Assembly: GCA_963771885.1 (NCBI GenBank)
Contig: CAVYVF010000022.1
Location: forward strand, 96,001 to 160,000
Source of the DNA: Candidatus Bathyarchaeota archaeon
GTDB lineage: Archaea; Thermoproteota; Bathyarchaeia; TCS64
Direction: 5' to 3'
DNA: 64,000 nt
The translations under genes and the position numbers were made by a program. Below the pieces are notes generated by a model. The model did no database searches and had not been told where the DNA came from. It saw only the letters and a list, made by a program, of their open reading frames with translations. Of the stretch, positions 9,349-19,863 are shown in pieces (position 1 is the stretch's first letter; each line of letters starts with the position of its first letter).

Positions 9349-10523
9349 AGAAGGTACAGCGTCCTCTCGGTGTTGTTGAGGAACCTGAGCCCTTTCCTCG
9401 TCACGAGGACGGTGTCTTCAAGCTCCAAGCCTCCCCAGCCGAGGTCTAGGTAGGGACAGCTCACGCTAAGAACCATGCCCTCCTCGAGCGGCGTCTTGTC
9501 CCCTGGGGAGATCCACGGCTTCTCATTGCACTCTACACCTATACAGTGGCCGAGGCTCATACTGCACTCCTTGACACCACCCTTCTCGAGAACCTTCTGC
9601 GCCGCCTCGTAGACGGCAGCAATCGTGTTCCCTGGCTTCGCGGTGTCGAAGGCGGCCTCCTGCGCGTCTATCACGGTAACGAGCCGCTTCTCCGCCTCGG
9701 GTGAGGCCTTGCCTAGAACCGCGGTGCGCGTCACCTTGCCATTGTAGTGTGCCCATGTGGTGCCGAGACTCATCCTTATCAGATCACCCTTCTGGAGGGC
9801 GAGAGTCGTCGGTACAGGGTTCGGGTATGCGCTACGCTCGCCGAAGCCTATGTTGTCGCTCGTCACTCTGCCACCGTCTTCAGCGACGCTATAGCTGAAC
9901 ATGCGACTCAGATCTAGCTCCATGATACCCGCTTGCGCAATCTCGAGGGCGTCCTCCATCGACTTCTCCGCGATCTCCGTCGCCTTCTTGATCAGCTCAA
10001 CTTCCTCAAGCGTCTTCACCATCCGGATCTCATCGAGGAGCTTTGAGCCGTCGACTATCTTGGCGTCGGGGAGGTTGCGCTTTATGTTCTCCCAGCGGGA
10101 AGGTGTGACACCGCTGCCGTCGACAGCAATCGTCTTCTTGGCGTAGCCTCTCGAGGTGGCGGCGATAACGAGTGAATCGCATGGCGTCTGCTCCACCTTC
10201 GCCTTCGTAGCATCGATTATCCTCTGCGTTATCTCGGAGGACTTGGAGTTCTGCGTCGAGTTGACCTTGAGGCAGCCATACCAATGGATGTCCTTAATCC
10301 AGGTGCCGCTCTCAGCGACAAGGTCGGCCTCTGCGAGAGGCGCCATGAGGGCAGGCTCAGCATCGAGGGGGAGGAGCGTATACGCTTGCGTCCCACACCC
10401 CGTCAACATACCCGCGCCATAGTAGTCGGAGACATAGAAGACGTTCGACGGGGAGGCAGCGAGTATGGCGTCGACGCCGGCCCTCTCCATCACCTGCTTA
10501 GCCCGCTCCCTATTCAGAGGCAT
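9345..10523 (-). CDS. M24 family Xaa-Pro peptidase/creatinase-like protein
   Basis: Creatinase N-domain, RMVKTLEEVELIKKA, GHCIG, LEDTVLVT; several metal ligands appear substituted. Confidence 0.85.
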   Translation of the reverse strand: MPLNRERAKQVMERAGVDAILAASPSNVFYVSDYYGAGMLTGCGTQAYTLLPLDAEPALMAPLAEADLVAESGTWIKDIHWYGCLKVNSTQNSKSSEITQRIIDATKAKVEQTPCDSLVIAATSRGYAKKTIAVDGSGVTPSRWENIKRNLPDAKIVDGSKLLDEIRMVKTLEEVELIKKATEIAEKSMEDALEIAQAGIMELDLSRMFSYSVAEDGGRVTSDNIGFGERSAYPNPVPTTLALQKGDLIRMSLGTTWAHYNGKVTRTAVLGKASPEAEKRLVTVIDAQEAAFDTAKPGNTIAAVYEAAQKVLEKGGVKECSMSLGHCIGVECNEKPWISPGDKTPLEEGMVLSVSCPYLDLGWGGLELEDTVLVTRKGLRFLNNTERTLYLL

Positions 10524-10711
10524 AGACGAACGAATACCAAATACCCCTTATGCTTTTAAAATAAGCGACTTGAAAAAGGGCTGAAAACCGCTTTCAAACC
10601 GTTTTCAAGCCCGGTTACAAGCGAGATAACCGGCTTTTCGACCCCGAGGCACTCTATGACGAGTGCTCATATGAGTCGAAGAGGGCTTATACAGTTAATA
10701 GACATTTCTCA

Positions 10712-11748
10712 GTGGGCATGGGAGAGCACACGCGTGTCGTCGAGTGGCTGCTCGAACCGGGGCACCCTTGGGTGAGGTATAACACCCTCGACCAGCTACT
10801 CGAAAAGAAGAATGAGGCAAGCGAAGCACTCGCGGAGGCGATGCTTAGCCCACCCGCCTCGAAGATACTCGAGCACGTGGACGCCGATGGGGGATTCTCC
10901 GACGCCACAGCAGCTAAGAAGTGGGGGGAAGCCGCCGTCAGATCGGGCTACGTCCCCAAGTACAGAGGGGCGGCGTGGAAGCTTCTCTTCCTCGCAGAAC
11001 TCGGCGCTGACCCATCTCACCCTAAGGTGAAAGCCCTCGGAGAGGGCATCCTGAAGAACGCCTTCTCAGAGCGCCATGGCACCTTCTACATCCCACTGGA
11101 GTACGGCGGGTACCCCGAGTACACACTCATCCCCTGCTTCATGGGCAACATGGTCTGGGCGCTGACCCGACTTGGTTTAGGTACTCGTCCTGAGGTCCGC
11201 TCCACCTTCGACTGGCTAACAAAGTACCAGAGATTCGACGACGGCAACTGGAGACCGCCGACCGAGTTCCCATATAAGGGAAGCCGCGACAGGTGCTGGG
11301 GCAGGCACACGTGCTACTGGGGGGTCACGAGTTATCCTGAGAGCGATGACTGTCGTGCCCAAGGGGTTCTGGACGCCGCAGGCATATAGAGCAAAGCGAA
11401 GTGGAGTAGACTTCGTCCTCGCCCACCGCCTCCTATGGAGCAGCCACACGCCTGACCGCCCAATCGCTACCAAGAACACGAGGCCACAGCGCCTAACGGC
11501 TCCGCAGACTTACTATCAGGATGCCATCGAAATTACATCAACGATGCTCAGGCTTGGTGCACATGGCGCAGCCGTTGACGAAGCCATCGAATACATCCTT
11601 TCTAAACGGAACACCGAGGACAGATGGCTGCCTGGAGAACTCACCGGGGCCACTCGACGCCCCCTTCGATGTGAAGGAGAGGGAAAGCAAGTGGATAACC
11701 TTCCGCGCCTTACGCATGCTGAAGCTGGCGGGCAAGCTAGACCTGTAA
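10712..11748 (+). CDS. Prenyltransferase/squalene-cyclase-repeat alpha-alpha barrel protein (two frameshifts, ~11335 and ~11625)
   Basis: EWLLE..PWVRY, YQRFDDGNW, YILSKRN.E.RW, SKWITFRALRML across three frames. Confidence 0.75.
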
Positions 11749-12007
11749 ACACGATGTCGACCATAATCATCGGGTCTAGGGTAGGGTCTACAAGTAAAAA
11801 CTCCACATTAACCGACCCCAAATACATTAGACATGTAGAAAAGGGGTGATTATCAAGCCTATTATACTGAATCGTGACTTAAAATAACCCTATTCTAGGG
11901 CTAACTATACACACAGAATAAGCCCTATTCGAGCACTTTTTCGCTACGTCTATATATTCGATCCCCGATATGCATCAGGTTCAGCGAAATGTTCACGGGG
12001 GATAGGC

Positions 12008-13192
12008 ATGAAAATTATAGATCAGATACGGGGCTGGGGGAGTCTATTCATCCTAGCCGCCGCATCCTCCCTTCGAGGCATCCGTGACAACCTACGCACA
12101 GTCGTCCTACAGCCGTTCGCTATCAGCCTCGGCCTAGACATGCAGCAAGTGGGCTCACTCGAGAGCCTCGCCGACTTAGTCAAGCTCCTCCTAGAACCGG
12201 CCTTCGGCGTCGTCAGCGACTCGCTAGGGCGCAAGAGGCTGCTAATACTCAGGGAGTGCGTCGCCGTCGGCGCCCTACTGCTACTGCTCTTCGCGAGGAG
12301 CTGGGAGTACCTCTTCATCTCGATGCTCTTGATAGGCGTCTCGAACAGCCTCGTCTCGGTATGGAGCACACTCGTGGCGGAGGTAGCGCCCACAGGTCGG
12401 CTGGGCTTCATCTACAGCATCATGGGAGCCTGTTACACAGGGGCGGGTCTAATTGGTACTCTAGGCTCGGGCTACATAGCTGGCACCTTCGGTTACGGCG
12501 CCGTCTACACCATAGCCACACTCGTAGCCTTTACGAGCCTAGCCCTCGTCTGGCTAAAACTACCCGAGACTAGAAGCGACGCCCCATCCAAGGTAGAAAT
12601 TGGTAAAACGCTCTCATCATACCTCCGGGCGCTCAACCCTCCCAAGGAACTGAGGGGCTTCTACGTAGCAATGGGACTCGACCTCCTCGCTTTCTCAATG
12701 GGGATGAGGCTAATGGCGGGTATGCTCAACTCGGGCTACGGCTACACGCCGTGGATGATCGCCCTCTACACGACAGCGATGACACTCACCCAGGCTGGAG
12801 CACAGATACCCCTTGGCCGCCTCGCAGACAGGTTCGGCTACGGCAGATTCATGGCGATCAGCCAGTTCCTAGCCTCGATAGCCCTCGCCACCATGATCTG
12901 GTCTAAAGACCTAGTCATCATCGTCGCCGCGAATCTCCTCTTCGGTCTAGCGAACGCCTTCTGGATACCCGCCGAGCAGGCGTGGATAGCCGACAACGTC
13001 GATCCGAAGCGGAGGGCACAGTCACTCGGCAGCTTCTCCACGTTCCGAGGCCTCATCGGGCTACCAGCCCCGATAATAGGAGGAATCCTCTTTGACGCCT
13101 ACGGCTTCGATGTGCCAGTGCTGATGAACCTCATAATCGCCTTCATCGACGGCGTCGTCATACTCGCCTGGGTTAAGGACCGGCGCCGCTAA
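12008..13192 (+). CDS. MFS transporter
   Basis: About 12 TM segments, GVVSDSLGRK and GRLADRFGYG motif A. Confidence 0.9.
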   Translation: MKIIDQIRGWGSLFILAAASSLRGIRDNLRTVVLQPFAISLGLDMQQVGSLESLADLVKLLLEPAFGVVSDSLGRKRLLILRECVAVGALLLLLFARSWEYLFISMLLIGVSNSLVSVWSTLVAEVAPTGRLGFIYSIMGACYTGAGLIGTLGSGYIAGTFGYGAVYTIATLVAFTSLALVWLKLPETRSDAPSKVEIGKTLSSYLRALNPPKELRGFYVAMGLDLLAFSMGMRLMAGMLNSGYGYTPWMIALYTTAMTLTQAGAQIPLGRLADRFGYGRFMAISQFLASIALATMIWSKDLVIIVAANLLFGLANAFWIPAEQAWIADNVDPKRRAQSLGSFSTFRGLIGLPAPIIGGILFDAYGFDVPVLMNLIIAFIDGVVILAWVKDRRR

Positions 13193-14195
13193 CTGCCCAC
13201 TCATAATACCCAGGGTCACTACTCCCGCTTATCCTTTCGATGAGCGCCGCGACCTCACTCGTCGTCGAGGTCTCATGTACATCCTGTCTGAGGCTACGAA
13301 GGTTCTGGCACCCAGTGAAGTACTCGGGGAGTATCCTTCGCATCTTGACCGCGGCGCTCACGTCACCGTAGTACTCGGCGAGGTACCGCATGTGTAGTAG
13401 GCACGTCTCCTTTTTCTCGTCGATCGTCGGCGGGATATACACGTCACCGTTGAGAGTGGTTATGATCTCGGGGACGATCCACGGGTTGCCAATTATGCCT
13501 CTTCCGGGCATGACAGCGGCGACGCCCGCCTTCTCAATCATCTCCACTGCGTCCCTACCTGTGAAGACGCCTCCGTTACCTACAACGGGGATAGAGACGG
13601 CTTCCACGACGCGCCTCATCTCCCCATGGTCAACGGGCATGCCCCACTTCTTCTCGCCGCTTCTCCCGTGGACAGTGACCGCCGAGACACCGACGTCCTC
13701 AAGCATTCGGCACAGCTCAACGGCGTTAAGTGCCTCCTTGGTCAGACCGAGCCTCATCTTACAAGTGACGGGTATGGTGACTACTCCGATGACCGCGGAT
13801 GCGATACCCACTGCCTTCTCAATGTCGCCCATGAGGGATATGCCGGCTCCCTGCCTCGCCACCTTGTTTATCGTGCAACCCATGTTGATATCGACGTACG
13901 CGAAGCCAAGTCCCTCAACTATGCGCGCTGCCTCAGCCATACTCTCCTGATTTGATCCGACGAGCTGGACGCCCTCGCAGCCCGCTCCCTCAGTCCGGGC
14001 GAGCATCCTTACAGTCTTTGTACCGCCATGCACGATGGCGGAGGCACTGACCATCTCGGTGATTACGAAAGGGGGGTGAAAACTTGCCATTACACGCCGG
14101 TAGGGGTAGTCAGTATAGTCGGCAAGCGGCGGAAGGAGCAGCTTCGCCTCCCTGACAAGCCCCGCGAATCGTTCGTCTGCCACGGCGCCCCTCAC
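13173..14195 (-). CDS. dus: tRNA-dihydrouridine synthase (Dus family)
   Basis: TEMVSA, DINMGC, VTCKMRLG, TVHGRS, IPVVGNG, GRGIIGNPW. Confidence 0.9.
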   Translation of the reverse strand: MRGAVADERFAGLVREAKLLLPPLADYTDYPYRRVMASFHPPFVITEMVSASAIVHGGTKTVRMLARTEGAGCEGVQLVGSNQESMAEAARIVEGLGFAYVDINMGCTINKVARQGAGISLMGDIEKAVGIASAVIGVVTIPVTCKMRLGLTKEALNAVELCRMLEDVGVSAVTVHGRSGEKKWGMPVDHGEMRRVVEAVSIPVVGNGGVFTGRDAVEMIEKAGVAAVMPGRGIIGNPWIVPEIITTLNGDVYIPPTIDEKKETCLLHMRYLAEYYGDVSAAVKMRRILPEYFTGCQNLRSLRQDVHETSTTSEVAALIERISGSSDPGYYEWAVSGAGP

Positions 14196-14296
14196 CCGAT
14201 GCTACTCGCCACGCCGCCGCGGTATAATAGGCTTAGCTGAGCACAAAACCTGAATAACTGTTTTTAACAACGCCTACATAGAGAACCTGATCAAGT

Positions 14297-14761
14297 TTGA
14301 ACCTCGACAAACCCATAAAGAAGTTCATGAAGAAGAACCCGCTCTTTGTCTCCCCAATAGACAGCCTCGGAGATATAGCAGACTCCATGGGGAAAGAGAA
14401 GAAGGACATCGCCGTCGTCAGAGACAAGAAAGGCGAGGTACTGGGGCTAGTCACTAGCCACGACCTCTTCGACGCCATGAGGACCTGGATCCTACAAAAG
14501 GACATGCTTGAACAGATACCCAAGGAGGTGCGGATGCTGAAGGTCAGCAGCATAATGAAGGGAGCCTACACGAAGGAGTTTATGGAGGCATGCGGTTTGA
14601 CCGGCACGAACGTCTGCATTACACTTGGCGAGGACGATACGCTCACGAACGCGATTAGGGTGATGTCAGTTACCGGCCTCGACCATATTCTGATAAGCGG
14701 AGAGGGCGGTGTCGTCGGGACGCTCAGCGACGACGACCTCATCAGAGCCCTCGTCGATTAG
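14297..14761 (+). CDS. CBS-domain protein
   Basis: Tandem CBS motifs (VLGLVTSHDL, VVGTLSDDDL). Confidence 0.85.
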   Translation: MNLDKPIKKFMKKNPLFVSPIDSLGDIADSMGKEKKDIAVVRDKKGEVLGLVTSHDLFDAMRTWILQKDMLEQIPKEVRMLKVSSIMKGAYTKEFMEACGLTGTNVCITLGEDDTLTNAIRVMSVTGLDHILISGEGGVVGTLSDDDLIRALVD

Positions 14762-16074
14762 GGCGTGATGACGCCCATTCCGTTCTTGAACTCGAGCTCG
14801 GTGCCATAGAGCTTCGACAGGCGCGCTAGATCGTTTATTATCTTCTTCGCCTGATTGCCCTTCGCCAGTCGCGGCACTCCGGCTGTCGTCCTCTGCTCGG
14901 CGAGCGGCTTTTTCGGGTCGTAGTCGAGCACTATGGGTATGCAGCGTATCTCCTTAAGCGTGCCCTCCGCATAATCTATCTCGGCAACGAAGCTCTCCCA
15001 GTAGCTCGGATCCTCGAAGAAGACAGCCGGCGGCGCCTCACGCTTCTCGTAGAGCTCCACAGTCGACTGCTCACCTGTGAGGCCCCAGAGGTCGAAGAGG
15101 TCGCCAGGCTGCCTCCGGATCAATGTGCTCTGGAAGACGAAGTTACCTAGGCTGTAGAATATGGGCTTGCCCTTGTAGATCTCGATGCCCCTCATCACGT
15201 GGGGGCCGTGACCGAGGTAACCGTGGGCGCCGGCGTCAATCACCTTATGGGCGAACTCCTTAACCTCCTCCGGAGGCAGGTCGAGCTTCCTGTAGCCCTT
15301 TGGGGGGTGGACGCCTTGGAAGTGGTCGTGCATGCTGAAGAATACCCAATCGCTTAGCTGACACGCGTCCTTGACGGCACGCAGGTTGCCATCTACATCG
15401 GCCTTCCGAGGAACATACTCGCGCCGTGTTTCGGCGCCCTTCATGAATTTGGTCTTCCTGTCGGGGAACCTGATGAAGGTCGGCTCGTTGACGAAGATGT
15501 CTGCGACGTGGTCGACGTCGACGACTATCCTCTTGAACTGTTCCCACTGCTCAGGCTTTAGGTGGTAGACTGTGTCGAGGTGGAACGGGTTGATACCGGG
15601 GCGGCCAGCGACGTCTTTCCTCGCATGGCTCGCGATGCCTAGGTCCCAAGTGCAAGCGGAGACAAAGCTGACGACTCCGCTGGGCGTGTCAACGAAAGCA
15701 GGCTCACGGGCAAGCGCTAGGTTAAACCCCGACCCTGAGTGAGCGAGCCCAACCCGGTCTAGGTTGCCCAGGGTCGCCCTTAGGCCCCCCTCACTGTAGT
15801 CCATCGCGTGGTTGTTCGCCGTGCTGCAGGCATCGAAGCCTATCTCCTTCAGGTCGTCAGCGACCTTAGGATCCGCCTGCCCGAAGGCATCGTACTTCCC
15901 CTCACCTATAGGATAGCCCTCGAAGCTATGGATAGCAATCTCGAGGTTGATGAACGAGACGTCGGCGTCCTTGATCCTTTTGAAGAGCGGCGCGACATCG
16001 GGTCTGCCACCATACACGCCTATTGGGCGTGCAATGAACGCGTCGCCAACGCAGAGGAGCTTAAGGTCCTTCAT
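14758..16074 (-). CDS. capA: CapA/PGA_cap family metallophosphatase
   Basis: VGD, FINLE, ANNHAMDY, GHGPHV, IFYSLGNFVF. Confidence 0.9.
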   Translation of the reverse strand: MKDLKLLCVGDAFIARPIGVYGGRPDVAPLFKRIKDADVSFINLEIAIHSFEGYPIGEGKYDAFGQADPKVADDLKEIGFDACSTANNHAMDYSEGGLRATLGNLDRVGLAHSGSGFNLALAREPAFVDTPSGVVSFVSACTWDLGIASHARKDVAGRPGINPFHLDTVYHLKPEQWEQFKRIVVDVDHVADIFVNEPTFIRFPDRKTKFMKGAETRREYVPRKADVDGNLRAVKDACQLSDWVFFSMHDHFQGVHPPKGYRKLDLPPEEVKEFAHKVIDAGAHGYLGHGPHVMRGIEIYKGKPIFYSLGNFVFQSTLIRRQPGDLFDLWGLTGEQSTVELYEKREAPPAVFFEDPSYWESFVAEIDYAEGTLKEIRCIPIVLDYDPKKPLAEQRTTAGVPRLAKGNQAKKIINDLARLSKLYGTELEFKNGMGVITP

Positions 16075-16152
16075 GCCACAGCATATGCCCGGACGCGGTT
16101 ATAGCGTCTCCGCCCCGCGACTTTAAAACTGCGACACCCTCACAATACCACC

Positions 16153-17568
16153 ATGTCAAATCCTGGCAGCGTCGAGAACATGACGGCCTTCGCGGAGAAG
16201 GTCATCCCGGAGTTCATGAGGGAGGGCAAGGTCCCCGGCTTCAGCATAGCCGTCGTCAAAGAGGGAACGGTGGTCTACGCGAAGGGCTTCGGAGCACGCG
16301 ATCCTGTCCGTAGCCTCCCCTCGACCCCAGATACGCTCTACGGCATAGGCTCATGTACGAAGAGCTTCGTGGCGCTAGCCGCGATGCAGCTCGCCGAGAA
16401 GGGCAAGATCAAGCTCACTGACCCCGCTTCGGACTATGTCCCCTTCAAGCTGGGACTGAAGGGCAAGCCGATAACTATCCACCACCTGCTCAGCCACGGA
16501 AGCGGCATTCCCAACCTCGCAACAAGCACAATCGGGCTCAGCCGAGGCGTCGGCATAGAGCTCGGCGTCCCATGGGGCTCAGCCGACGACTTCTATCGCG
16601 TTGTCAACTCCGCCAACTCTGAGATAGCAGCAGATCCCGGTGAGCGCTTCTTCTACAGCAATGAGGGCTTCCGCGTCGTCGGCCACATAATACAGGAGGT
16701 CAGCGGCGTCCCATTCCACGAATACATCAGGGATAACATCCTCATACCCCTCGGCATGGGGAGAAGCACGCTCGTCAGGCACGAGTTCGATGTCGACCCT
16801 GACAGGATGACTGCCCACTGGAAGAAGACCGACGGCACCATGCAGCCAACAGGCTTCCCATACCCCGACGTCTCTGAGAACCCCAGCTTCAGCTGGAACG
16901 CGGCCGCGGGTGGCCTCATGGCGCCGATGACGGAGTTGACCACCTACCTCGCCATGCTGATGAACGGCGGCGCTCACAATGGAAAGAGGCTCGTCTCCGA
17001 GGAGTCGATCCAGACAATGTTCACGCCACACATCGAATACTGCGGTACCTACTGGGGAATGAGCAGCTATGGCTACGGTTGGAGTATCCTTCCCGACTTC
17101 CTCGGGGAGAAGCAGGTGAACCACGGCGGCAGTCTCCTGGTCGCAACCGCTCACCTCGCCCTTGTGCCCCGCCTCGGGATAGGCGTCGCTATGGCTGCGA
17201 ACACGAGCAGACCACCCTTCGCCACAATCGCAGACGGAGTCTTCGCCGCCTTAATGGGCAGGGACCCATACGAACACCCCCACCTCAAACTACGCGACAG
17301 GATGAAGAGCCTCACTGGAGAGTACCAGATACACATGGGACTGGAGAAGCTTAAGGTCGTGAATAGGGGAGGCCTCCTCTACATCGAGCAGAAGGACCCG
17401 TTCCTCGACGCGTTAACCCCCCTCATCCCCGAGGAATCCACCCTCAGCAACCTACGCTTCTACACGCAGGTGGAGGGCATACGGACACCAGTTGAGTTCG
17501 TCGAGGCGGGGGGAGGGTACGACCTCTATCTAGAGAGGTACAGATACCATAAAAGGGTCGGAGGGTAA
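16153..17568 (+). CDS. Serine hydrolase, beta-lactamase class C-like (S12), with C-terminal domain
   Basis: SCTK (SxxK), FFYSN (YxN), HGG motifs. Confidence 0.9.
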   Translation: MSNPGSVENMTAFAEKVIPEFMREGKVPGFSIAVVKEGTVVYAKGFGARDPVRSLPSTPDTLYGIGSCTKSFVALAAMQLAEKGKIKLTDPASDYVPFKLGLKGKPITIHHLLSHGSGIPNLATSTIGLSRGVGIELGVPWGSADDFYRVVNSANSEIAADPGERFFYSNEGFRVVGHIIQEVSGVPFHEYIRDNILIPLGMGRSTLVRHEFDVDPDRMTAHWKKTDGTMQPTGFPYPDVSENPSFSWNAAAGGLMAPMTELTTYLAMLMNGGAHNGKRLVSEESIQTMFTPHIEYCGTYWGMSSYGYGWSILPDFLGEKQVNHGGSLLVATAHLALVPRLGIGVAMAANTSRPPFATIADGVFAALMGRDPYEHPHLKLRDRMKSLTGEYQIHMGLEKLKVVNRGGLLYIEQKDPFLDALTPLIPEESTLSNLRFYTQVEGIRTPVEFVEAGGGYDLYLERYRYHKRVGG

Positions 17569-17671
17569 CTCTCACTCGCATCGAGCTACTTAAAAACCCA
17601 TCAATATTGTATCGACTAAAAAATCCTCTATATAGTAAGAAGTCAAATTCAGAACAGAAGCAGGAATAGTC

Positions 17672-17999
17672 TCAACGATATCTTTCGTTTCTACCCCGCT
17701 TACGCTCGTCCTTGTTGTATTCCTGCTTACGCTGCCCCTCGATGCGCGCGCGGCGGAAACTCCCCCCCTTGTCAGCGCCTTGTATGTACTGGTTGATGGT
17801 GCTGTAGAAGTAGTTGTAGTCCATCTTGTCGTCGTGCAGCTTTGCTATTGCCTCGTTGAGGGCGGTCTTTGGCTGCGGCGTCTGCGGCGTCGAAGGCCTT
17901 ACTATACGCCTCGTAGGCAGCAGTGAACTTGAAGTCCGTCTTGTCGCTGTAGGTAATCTTCTCGGGGGCTTGCTCTTCCGACACCCTGTCAATCCTCAC
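17672..17999 (-). CDS. Hypothetical protein (frameshift near 17860)
   Basis: Two overlapping ORFs join into one plausible ~108 aa protein. Confidence 0.55.
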
Positions 18000-18071
18000 C
18001 CTGAGTGGGGGTCATTCTGATATAAACCCCTATCCCCGGGACTTCTGGGGAGGTTTATATCCGTCTGCTCG

Positions 18072-19169
18072 TTGGCTTCAGTGATGTCGGGCATCTCCGA
18101 GCGTTTTCGCGATGGCGAGACGGCGAAGAAGGTTATCAGACTCATCGAGGAGCTGACGGAAGGCAGACGAGTCAGGATTGTGCATGTCTGCGGGACGCAT
18201 GAGGACGCCATAACCAAGTTTGGGCTCAGGAGCATGCTCCCGAAGAACGTCGAGGTCCTGATGGGTCCGGGGTGCCCCGTCTGCACGGTACCGCCGAATA
18301 GGATAGACTTCGCAATACGACTTGCCGAGTCGGGTGCTATACTCACAACATTCGGGGACATGATCAGAGTCCCAGCGGGGCTAGGAAGCCTCGCTGATGC
18401 AAAGGCAAAGGGTGCCGATGTGAGGATAGTCTACAGCATACACGACGCAGCCGAGATGGCCAGAGAGACGAAGAAGGAGGTTGTTCACTTCGGTGTAGGC
18501 TTCGAGACAACGGCTCCGACGACAGCCTCCGAGCTACTCGCTAACCCGCCTGAGAACTTCAGTGTCTACAGCGCTCACATCCTGATCCCACCGGCGATGA
18601 TGCTTCTGCTTGAGTCAGGTGAGACGCCAGTAGATGGCTTCATAGATCCGGGCCACGTGAGTGCTATCATCGGGGAGGAGGGCTACAGCGAGGTCACGAA
18701 GAAGTACAAGGTACCTCAGGTGATTGCGGGCTTCGAGCCCCTTGATATTCTCTTCGCCACCGCGATGATATGTAGGCAGCTCAAAGAAGGGCGCGGCGAA
18801 CTCGAGAACGCCTACACTAGGATAGTGAAGCCGGGAGGCAATCCTACGGCTCTCAAGCTGATGCGTGAGGTCTTCGAGGTACGGGACGCGCCTTGGAGAG
18901 GCATCGGGACAATACCCGCCTCGGGACTCGTCCTCAGAAAAGAGTTCGAGGCCCACGACGCTTCGAAGAGGTTCGAATTCGAGTCAGAAGAGAGCTATGA
19001 GATGCCTCACGGATGCCGCTGCGGTGAAGTGCTACGCGCCGTTTGTTATCCGTGGGAATGCCCTCTCTTCAACAAGGAGTGCACACCGGAGTCCCCTATT
19101 GGGCCCTGCATGGTGAGCCACGAGGGGAGCTGCTTCATATCGGCAAAGTACGGCGTTGAGCAGACGTGA
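18072..19169 (+). CDS. hypD: [NiFe]-hydrogenase maturation protein HypD
   Basis: HVCGTH, GPGCPVC, GFETTAP, PGHVS, GPCMVSHEGSC. Confidence 0.97.
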   Translation: MASVMSGISERFRDGETAKKVIRLIEELTEGRRVRIVHVCGTHEDAITKFGLRSMLPKNVEVLMGPGCPVCTVPPNRIDFAIRLAESGAILTTFGDMIRVPAGLGSLADAKAKGADVRIVYSIHDAAEMARETKKEVVHFGVGFETTAPTTASELLANPPENFSVYSAHILIPPAMMLLLESGETPVDGFIDPGHVSAIIGEEGYSEVTKKYKVPQVIAGFEPLDILFATAMICRQLKEGRGELENAYTRIVKPGGNPTALKLMREVFEVRDAPWRGIGTIPASGLVLRKEFEAHDASKRFEFESEESYEMPHGCRCGEVLRAVCYPWECPLFNKECTPESPIGPCMVSHEGSCFISAKYGVEQT

Positions 19170-19432
19170 GGGCGGTACGAATAATCGTCTCGGGTCACGT
19201 ACAGGGCGTCGGCTTCAGAGCTTTCACGCAACAAAGAGCTTCGCTGCTATTCCTCGCGGGCTGGGTGAGGAACCTCTCAGACGGCTCCGTTGAGATTCAC
19301 GCCGAGGGCGACAATGACAAGGTCATCGAGTTCCTCACATGGTGCCGTGTTGGACCAAGGACCGCGAGGGTCGATGAGGTTACAGTGGAGGATACTAGAC
19401 CCGAAGGGTTCTCGGACTTTAAAAGGCGTTAA
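19166..19432 (+). CDS. acyP: Acylphosphatase
   Basis: GHVQGVGFR, GWVRNLSDGSVE. Confidence 0.95.
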   Translation: MRAVRIIVSGHVQGVGFRAFTQQRASLLFLAGWVRNLSDGSVEIHAEGDNDKVIEFLTWCRVGPRTARVDEVTVEDTRPEGFSDFKRR

Positions 19433-19494
19433 ACAATGTCGCTCAGGGGATTTCCGGCACCAATGCTATAACGGAGGCACGTCGGCTATCCAGC

Positions 19495-19857
19495 ATGGAA
19501 AGACCCTTCGGCGTCACACTACTCGCCTCATTCTTCTTCGTTCAGAGCATTATCAACCTGCTCGTCACCTACAGCTACTACATCGGCGGTGCGCCGACGT
19601 TCCCGTTGGTTTACTACGCAGTTGACTCCGTCGCCGGACTTGCCCTCTCATACGGGCTCTGGAAGGGGCATATGTGGGGGAAGATAGGAACCATGATCCT
19701 CTCAGGAGTGGAGATATTGATCGGGGTCCTCGGGACATACGTCGCCATCGACATCGAGCCAACATCGCCGTTCCAGGCGATCACCAAGCTCATAGTCTAC
19801 GCCATAGTCATCTATTTCCTGACTAGACCCGAGATAAGCGAGTGGTTCAAAAAATAG
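19495..19857 (+). CDS. Small membrane protein, four TM helices
   Basis: RPFGVTLLA start, YGLWKG, YFLTRP end. Confidence 0.75.
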   Translation: MERPFGVTLLASFFFVQSIINLLVTYSYYIGGAPTFPLVYYAVDSVAGLALSYGLWKGHMWGKIGTMILSGVEILIGVLGTYVAIDIEPTSPFQAITKLIVYAIVIYFLTRPEISEWFKK

Positions 19858-19863
19858 GAGAAG

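Noticed and set aside
10570..10645. Two small inverted repeats in a divergent intergenic region
   Set aside because: Short and imperfect; could be operators but nothing further supports a call.
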